Virus record (IMG/VR): IMGVR_UViG_3300032290_000235 | Span: 1-32,880 of that record | Reading direction: 5' to 3' (one strand) | From: a virus | Taxonomy: Duplodnaviria; Caudoviricetes | DNA length: 32,880 nt | Shown here: one piece after another, positions 26,653-32,880 of the stretch | How positions within the stretch are numbered: position 1 is the first letter of the stretch | Layout of the letters: the number at the start of each line of letters is the position of its first letter | Notes under the pieces: model-generated | Database searches by the model: none | What the model saw: the letters and a program-made list of their open reading frames with translations, nothing else | What the model was told of the DNA's origin: nothing | Translations under genes and position numbers: made by a program

Positions 26653-27512
26653 TGCCTCTACTTGGTAGCTTAAGCGTAGGCAGCTCTAAAGGATACAAAA
26701 GACCTGGAGCTTTTCCAACTGGTTTATCTTTAAGTGACCCTGGTGAGTCAGCGGCCGTTTTAAAGTCTGATAATGGGTATAACTCTGATGGCGTCTATTA
26801 CATAAGCATAAACGGAACATCAACCCCAACCTATTGCATTATGAATAGTGCTATAGATGGTGGAGGTTGGATGATGATTATGAAAGGAACCAGAGGAACA
26901 ACTTTTAACTTCTTTTCATCCTACTGGGAAACCAACAACGTTCTTGCGGCTGACCAAACAAACCGCAACGATGGTGATGCTAAGTTTAATGTGTATAACT
27001 ATTTTCCAGGTAAAGATTTCTTAGCGCTATGGCCAGACATTCCACAAGGCGGCTCAATAAGTGCCTCTGGATATCCGTGGATATGGAGACAAAACAACTA
27101 CAACGGTGGTTCTAGGATTACCCCTCTATCTTATTTTAGTACCGTAGGTTATAAAAGCCAGACTATGAACGTCGGAGGTCGAGGAGTATTTATATCTACA
27201 GCCACCAGTTATAGCGGATTCTCAACCACCTACTGGTCAACACAGACAGATATTAACTTTTACGGCTTTAACTATGAGAACAATCAAGCCTATGGTTTAA
27301 AGGCCAATGTGCGCTGGGGCTTTGCGTGGAATGAAAACTCTGAAGGCGTATACCCATCAGTCAATGGAGGAGCTAACGGTTCAAACGACGTTTCAGGCGG
27401 AATTGGCCTGGACTCGTCATATGGTAACTACTCCGCAGGTGACTACATAGCGTGTTGCCAAAGCACCTCTGGCATGAATCGCTCAGCCCGCTTTGAAATG
27501 TACGTACGATGA
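26652..27512 (+). CDS. Fibrinogen-C/intelectin-like domain protein (putative fibre-tip lectin)
   Basis: SA..L....Y.SDGVYYI......TYC.M....GGGWM.. is the fibrinogen-like YCDxxxxGGGW signature; TAATG coupling to the fibre. Confidence 0.7.
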   Translation: MPLLGSLSVGSSKGYKRPGAFPTGLSLSDPGESAAVLKSDNGYNSDGVYYISINGTSTPTYCIMNSAIDGGGWMMIMKGTRGTTFNFFSSYWETNNVLAADQTNRNDGDAKFNVYNYFPGKDFLALWPDIPQGGSISASGYPWIWRQNNYNGGSRITPLSYFSTVGYKSQTMNVGGRGVFISTATSYSGFSTTYWSTQTDINFYGFNYENNQAYGLKANVRWGFAWNENSEGVYPSVNGGANGSNDVSGGIGLDSSYGNYSAGDYIACCQSTSGMNRSARFEMYVR

Positions 27513-27589
27513 AGCTTTTGACTATATACCACACAAGGGGCCAAAAGCCTCGTATACTTTAACCAAGACATCTCAGAGAGAGAATAACT

Positions 27590-28096
27590 ATGCCAATTGA
27601 TTTCCCTGGCTCGCCCACTAACGGGCAGGTCTATACATATGGCTCACGTACTTGGACTTGGACAGGATATGCGTGGCAGGCAACAACTACCACAACTGGT
27701 CCCCAGGGTATTCAAGGACTTCAAGGTCTACAAGGGCCTTCTGGCTTCAACACCGATATTGTCTTAATTGACGACCTAGCGCCCCAGTTTGATGGCGTAA
27801 CTTATAGATTCCGTCCTGCCTTTAATGGCACGACGGTGAACATTACCAATTCACAAAGACTCCTGGTCGCGCTGAATGGTATAGTTCAAAGAGTAAACAA
27901 TTCATATGTGACATGGGATAACCCAACAAGTCGCTATAATTGGTTACGAGTGGATGCCGACGGCTACATTGTGTTTTCACAACCACCTGCCGCAGGAACT
28001 ACTTTTGATGGTCGAGTCATGGGTGGACCAGACTCAACAGCACTAACAACAACTTATCCGTTTGCAGCAGCGGACTTATTAATAGGAGCGTTTTAA
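27590..28096 (+). CDS. Virion structural protein with a short collagen segment
   Basis: IDFPGSPTNGQVYTYGSRTWTWTG..W knob, GPQGIQGLQGLQG, then DD...QFDG...F...LLV.LNG..Q...I.FSQPP module. Confidence 0.7.
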   Translation: MPIDFPGSPTNGQVYTYGSRTWTWTGYAWQATTTTTGPQGIQGLQGLQGPSGFNTDIVLIDDLAPQFDGVTYRFRPAFNGTTVNITNSQRLLVALNGIVQRVNNSYVTWDNPTSRYNWLRVDADGYIVFSQPPAAGTTFDGRVMGGPDSTALTTTYPFAAADLLIGAF

Positions 28097-28099
28097 TCC

Positions 28100-31000
28100 A
28101 TGGCAAGAAAGATTCTATTAGATGGTGGTTATGCGTTTAACCCATCAACAAAGCAAGTAGTTCTACGACGCATCGTTCCAAAGGAACGTCTTGTACTTAT
28201 CACCAACACCACGCAGAACAAGGTTATCTACAACTTCTCAGATACCTCACTTCTAGCAACAGGTTACGCAACATATGGTGACAATCAACTTTCAGCAGCA
28301 ATTTCAACAATCTCAGGAACAGGTTCAGTAGTAACAGTTACAACAACTGCTGCTCATACCTTTGTTCCAGGTATGCTTGTAACAATCTCAGGCATCACCC
28401 CAGCATCATTTAACATCAATGGTGCGGTTGTAACTGCTGTTACTTCAAACACATTCACACTTGCATCTACTGTTACTGGTACTTATACATCAGGCGGTAT
28501 TGTTACTGCTGGTGAAGCAACAGTTATCACACTTAACTACAACCCAGCTACAGCGGGTATGCTCTCAACTGATTCACTTCAGGTCACAATCGATGAGTTC
28601 GCAGAGCGCATCAAGCCAGACGAAACATACTCAGACCCTGTAAACAAGTTGCGCGTTTCACAGCCACAGTCCATGATGGATACTGACTTTGAATACGCAA
28701 AGCAGGATACCAAGTGGGAAACACAGACCTTTACAAATGGTCGCCCATTTGCATCACAGCTTCTATTCCAGGCTCTAACAATCTCAGGTATGACAACTGG
28801 TGCTGCTGGTTCACGTACCATCACAACTACTCTTACTAACTCAACAGTTGCACTTCTTGCTACTGGTGTTCAGGGTAACGGTACAACCGCGCTTTACAAC
28901 ACAGCAACAGCACACGGTTTGACAGTTGGACAGTGGGTAACAATCACTGGTGTAACACCACCTTCTTACAACACTACTTCAGGTATTCCTCTACAGGTTC
29001 TTGAAGTTCCTTCATCAACATCATTCCGTCTACTTGCTAACAACACTTCAACAGCGCAGTCAACTGTTGCTGGTACAGTAACTCTTAACGTTGCTCCTCC
29101 AGTCGGTGTTCCAATCTCTGTTCAGGACACTTTCTTCCCAGGCGTTTCTGGTAACTATGTAATTGAAACACGTCCTGGTGAAACTTCATTTACCTTTACA
29201 TCAAAGGTTCCAACACCATCTGCTTGGGCATCAGTATCAATCTACGATGCACCTAAGACACTTGTTCTTCAGGGCGACTACTACCGCGATGCAGTCATAG
29301 GTAACGATACAGCTACAACCATGTCTTACTCAGGTCAGGATGTAACAGTTACAACTGGTACAAACCACGGTCTACAGGCTGGTAACGAAATCGCTGTTGT
29401 AGGTTCAACTTCTGGTGGTACTCCTCCAAACGGTAACTTCATTGTTAGCCGTATTCAGTCACCTACAGTATTTAACTACTATGACGCTCGTGGTGGAACA
29501 ATCTCAGGTACTTTGCTTGGACCTCAGACATCAACTACTGGTACAGGTGTTTCTGGTCAGAACATCGTAACTCTTGCAAGCGCAACAGGTGCGGTAGTTG
29601 GAGCAACTCTTATCTCAGCTGGATTCATTCCAGTAGACACCTACATCATTGGTGTTACTGGAACAACTGTTCAGTTGTCACAGAACCTTATTCAGACAAT
29701 GTCTGGAACATCATGTACTATCGCTGTAGCTGTCTACGCTCGCTCACAGGCTCAGTCAGTTCACCGCGCATTTGATGGCGGCGTTATGTTCTCATCAAAC
29801 GGCTCTTCAAACAACATCTCGCTTGTTCGCCAGACTCGTCGCTACTTCCGTTACCAGTCAGGTAAGGGTCTTCAGTTGTCTACAGGAACCATTCTGCAGC
29901 CAACTTACACAATTGACCGTATGTCCTACAGCTCACCTTCTGTAACTGTTGTTACAAAGGAACGCCATGGTCTACAGCCAGGATTTGCTATCCGCATCTT
30001 TGGTGCTAACGAAGTTGGTTACAACGGAGACTTTGCTGCAGTAACAGTCGTCGACGCTAACACCTTCACATACATTCCAACTACTGCTCCAACAATTGCG
30101 ACAGCATCTGGACAGTACTACTTGTCAATCCTTGCATGGGACGGTGCACAGAACCGCCTCGGTATGTTTGACCAGCAAAACGGTCTTTTCTTTGAGCATG
30201 ACGGTCAGCAGCTATGGGCAGTCCGTCGTTCTTCAATCTTCCAGATTGCAGGTCGTGTATCTGTAACAGCAGGTTCAGCAACCGTAACTGGTGCGACTAA
30301 CTTCGCAACATCATTCAACAAGCAGTTGAACCCAGGAGACTGGATTGTTATCCGTGGTCAGTCCTACCGTATTGACACAATTGCATCTGATACATCACTT
30401 ACCCTTACACAGGGATACCGTGGTGTAACAGCTTCTAACGTAACTGTGTCAAAGACTCAGGACCTACGTATCCCACGTTCACTCTGGAACATTGACAAGG
30501 TTGACGGAACTGGCCCATCAGGCTACACACTTGACCTATCAAAGATGCAGATGTTCTACATCGACTTCACATGGTACGGTGCAGGATTCGTTCGTTGGGG
30601 CTTCCGTGGTCCTAAGGGCGAAATCATCTACGCACACAAGCTTGCTAACAACAACCAGAACCCAATGGCTTACATGCGTTCAGGTAACTTGCCAGCTCGT
30701 TACGAAGCATCAACATTTGCTCCAACAACAAAGATTACAACTGGTGGTACAGGTACCAACGGTGGTATCGGAGCAGCTGATACTACAATCTATGTAGAAG
30801 ATACTTCTTCATTCATGACACCTCGTACGATTGTTACAACAGCAACTGGTAACTCAGGCGTTAACACAATCACTGTAGGTAACCCTGCAGGTCTTGTAAA
30901 CGGTCTATGGGCATCAGCATCTAACATCACAGCTGGTACACAGATTGTTTCAGTCTCTGGTACAACCGTAACCCTCTCAGCTAACAACGCTGGTGCTGTC

Positions 31001-32251
31001 TCAGGTGCTATCACCTTCTACAGCGTTCCAGGTATGGCTGTTATCAAGGATGGTACAAAGCAAGAACTTATCAACTACGCAGGTAAGACATCTAACACTC
31101 TTACTGGTGTTACACGTGCACAGGCGGGTTCTAACTCAGTATCAACAACATGGGCTGTAGGTTCTAATACAGCTGTGGTTGGTTCTGCTTCAGGTCTCCA
31201 GGTTGGTCAGCGTGTTATCCACCCAGCAGTTCCAGACGGTACCTTCATTGCGTACATCCAAGGAACAACAGTGGTGTTCTCTAACTCGACTGCAACAGCT
31301 AACCCAACAGTTGCTTGTATTGCTGGTGGAGCTACATCTGCTCAGGCTTACACATACAGCGCAACAGCGCCAGTTGAAGTATTCCAGGCAATGCCTACAG
31401 ATGCTCCAACAATCGCTCACTGGGGCTCATCAGTAATGATGGACGGCCGTTTTGATGATGATAAGTCACTTCTCTTCACATACGGTCAGACAGTTGGTAC
31501 AACACTTGCACCTGCTGCATCATTCACAGCAGTTGGTACAGCTTCAGCTTCTGCAACAGTAACTCTAGGTGCAGCCAACACAAACATCGTGCCTGGTATG
31601 TACGTAGCAGACTTTGCTGGTACAGCAGTTCCACGTAACACTTACGTCACAGCAGTTAACAGCTCAACCTCAATCACATTGAGCAACACTGTTACTATCA
31701 CTTCAGCTACATTGACATTCTGGGGTGCTTCTACAAAGGCTCTTATGTCAATCCGTGTAGCACCATCTGTTGACTCAGGTGTAACTGGTAACTTCGGTTC
31801 TAAGGAACTTATCAACCGCATGCAGCTTATGCTAAGAGCGCTTGACTTGACACTTACAGGAACTACTACTGGTAACGTGCTCGTACTTGCTTACCTCAAT
31901 GGTCGTGTATTCAACCCTACAGCAGCAGTAAACGCTCCATGGAGAAACGCGGTAAACAACGCAACGTTGGTACCAAACTCTTCACTCGCGCAGATTGTTG
32001 ACTACGCTGGTGGTAACTACACAATCCAGGGTGGTGAAGCAACTGGTGGATTCTTTACCAACTCAACAGGTCAAGTAGACCTTTCACAGGTTCGTGACCT
32101 TGGTAACTCAATCCTCGGTGGTGGACAATCAGCTGGTAACACCTTCGCTTATCCAGACGGACCAGACGTACTAACAATCGTTGTATCTAACGTTGGTACA
32201 ACTGCTCAGACAGTACAGGCTCGTCTCTCATGGTCTGAAGCTCAGGCATAA
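28100..32251 (+). CDS. Large virion structural protein (baseplate/tail-associated, multi-module beta repeats)
   Basis: 1383 aa, Thr/Gly/Ser-rich; repeated T...HGL..G..V.I.G modules; DPVNKLRVS.PQS..DTDFEY and RQTRRYFRYQSGKG cores; capsid-like codon bias. Confidence 0.75.
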   Translation: MARKILLDGGYAFNPSTKQVVLRRIVPKERLVLITNTTQNKVIYNFSDTSLLATGYATYGDNQLSAAISTISGTGSVVTVTTTAAHTFVPGMLVTISGITPASFNINGAVVTAVTSNTFTLASTVTGTYTSGGIVTAGEATVITLNYNPATAGMLSTDSLQVTIDEFAERIKPDETYSDPVNKLRVSQPQSMMDTDFEYAKQDTKWETQTFTNGRPFASQLLFQALTISGMTTGAAGSRTITTTLTNSTVALLATGVQGNGTTALYNTATAHGLTVGQWVTITGVTPPSYNTTSGIPLQVLEVPSSTSFRLLANNTSTAQSTVAGTVTLNVAPPVGVPISVQDTFFPGVSGNYVIETRPGETSFTFTSKVPTPSAWASVSIYDAPKTLVLQGDYYRDAVIGNDTATTMSYSGQDVTVTTGTNHGLQAGNEIAVVGSTSGGTPPNGNFIVSRIQSPTVFNYYDARGGTISGTLLGPQTSTTGTGVSGQNIVTLASATGAVVGATLISAGFIPVDTYIIGVTGTTVQLSQNLIQTMSGTSCTIAVAVYARSQAQSVHRAFDGGVMFSSNGSSNNISLVRQTRRYFRYQSGKGLQLSTGTILQPTYTIDRMSYSSPSVTVVTKERHGLQPGFAIRIFGANEVGYNGDFAAVTVVDANTFTYIPTTAPTIATASGQYYLSILAWDGAQNRLGMFDQQNGLFFEHDGQQLWAVRRSSIFQIAGRVSVTAGSATVTGATNFATSFNKQLNPGDWIVIRGQSYRIDTIASDTSLTLTQGYRGVTASNVTVSKTQDLRIPRSLWNIDKVDGTGPSGYTLDLSKMQMFYIDFTWYGAGFVRWGFRGPKGEIIYAHKLANNNQNPMAYMRSGNLPARYEASTFAPTTKITTGGTGTNGGIGAADTTIYVEDTSSFMTPRTIVTTATGNSGVNTITVGNPAGLVNGLWASASNITAGTQIVSVSGTTVTLSANNAGAVSGAITFYSVPGMAVIKDGTKQELINYAGKTSNTLTGVTRAQAGSNSVSTTWAVGSNTAVVGSASGLQVGQRVIHPAVPDGTFIAYIQGTTVVFSNSTATANPTVACIAGGATSAQAYTYSATAPVEVFQAMPTDAPTIAHWGSSVMMDGRFDDDKSLLFTYGQTVGTTLAPAASFTAVGTASASATVTLGAANTNIVPGMYVADFAGTAVPRNTYVTAVNSSTSITLSNTVTITSATLTFWGASTKALMSIRVAPSVDSGVTGNFGSKELINRMQLMLRALDLTLTGTTTGNVLVLAYLNGRVFNPTAAVNAPWRNAVNNATLVPNSSLAQIVDYAGGNYTIQGGEATGGFFTNSTGQVDLSQVRDLGNSILGGGQSAGNTFAYPDGPDVLTIVVSNVGTTAQTVQARLSWSEAQA

Positions 32252-32266
32252 TCTCAAAGTTCGGCA

Positions 32267-32305
32267 AGTCTGCCCCCGTCAGTTCTCTGGCGGGGGTATA
32301 CTTTT
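32267..32305 (+). terminator. Intrinsic terminator overlapping a TATACT -10 box
   Basis: TGCCCCCGTCAG-ttct-CTGGCGGGGGTA followed by tactttt. Confidence 0.7.
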
Positions 32306-32311
32306 GCCACA

Positions 32312-32880
32312 ATGAATCTGGTACAACGCTCCGTAGCTAAAGGCGGAAGACTAGCCCCACTTGTAATATCTAAAGGGTTAACAAACGGCACAGGACTTAT
32401 GAACCCCTCTATCTTTATAGATGATGACGGGGACATACTTGTAAACCTACGGCACGTCAACTACACGCTCTATCACTCTGAAGGCACACAGCAGTTCCCC
32501 TCACACTGGGGGCCGCTGTCTTATCTGCATCCAGAGAAAGATATGCGCCTAGTTACTGAGAACTACCTAATGCGTTTAGATAAGGACTTAAAAGTAATAA
32601 ACCATACTAAGGTCGAGATGCTTGAGCTGCATCAACCTGTCTGGGAGTTTGTAGGGTTAGAGGATGCTCGCCTTGTTCAGTGGAACGGCACTTACTATTT
32701 GATTGGCGTACGGCGCGACACCGCCACCAATGGTCAGGGGCGCATGGAGTACACAGAGATTGAGATTGATAAAGAAGCGTGGGCTGCTAAAGAGGTTCAT
32801 AGAAAGCGCATACCTGCGCCAGGTACTAACACTTCATACTGTGAGAAGAACTGGTATCCAGTCGTAGACAAGCCTTATCA
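32312..32880 (+). CDS. GH130/beta-mannosyltransferase-like five-bladed beta-propeller protein (3'-truncated), not in the ORF track
   Basis: Open from ATG 32312 to the window end: MNLVQRSVAKGG...LMNPSIF...NLRHVNY...GLEDARLV...CEKNWYP. The NP, EDxR and EKNW motifs fit this propeller clan. Confidence 0.65.
   Translation, partial: MNLVQRSVAKGGRLAPLVISKGLTNGTGLMNPSIFIDDDGDILVNLRHVNYTLYHSEGTQQFPSHWGPLSYLHPEKDMRLVTENYLMRLDKDLKVINHTKVEMLELHQPVWEFVGLEDARLVQWNGTYYLIGVRRDTATNGQGRMEYTEIEIDKEAWAAKEVHRKRIPAPGTNTSYCEKNWYPVVDKPY

Noticed and set aside
32254-32460. Minus-strand 68-aa ORF
   Set aside because: Antisense to the better-supported plus-strand GH130-like gene and the terminator.
1-32880. tRNA, rRNA, integrase, tape measure or tail sheath genes
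   Set aside because: None were recognisable. The intergenic gaps are short and their hairpins do not form cloverleaves, so tail type cannot be assigned from this window.

Overview
This window is a fragment of a tailed dsDNA phage genome. A whiB gene and an actinobacterial-type lytic transglycosylase, together with moderate GC, suggest a low-GC actinobacterial host (inference). Left to right: (1) the end of a fibre-like gene; (2) an FN3 + PTPQ-repeat + six-Cys protein; (3) a tightly coupled tailoring cluster of two 2OG-Fe(II) oxygenases, a GDP-mannose 3,5-epimerase-like enzyme, an O-fucosyltransferase-like GT, an unannotated 27-aa basic peptide, an SGNH protein and a NodU/CmcH carbamoyltransferase; (4) a PASTA-like structural protein; (5) a minus-strand transglycosylase-whiB pair; (6) holin-like and small genes including a KTSC protein; (7) terminase, portal, scaffold, major capsid and adaptor; (8) a 2098-aa Gly-X-Gln collagen-like fibre with 11 repeated knobs, a fibrinogen-like tip protein and a 1383-aa virion protein; (9) a truncated GH130-like gene. 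The best candidate for an undescribed system is a phage-encoded hydroxylation, L-sugar glycosylation and carbamoylation pathway co-transcribed with a Pro/Thr-rich probable substrate. A recurring CTGA(C/T)-N18-(G/C)ACA(A/C)T-like motif upstream of structural operons may be a phage late promoter. All family calls come from motif recognition by eye; no searches were run.
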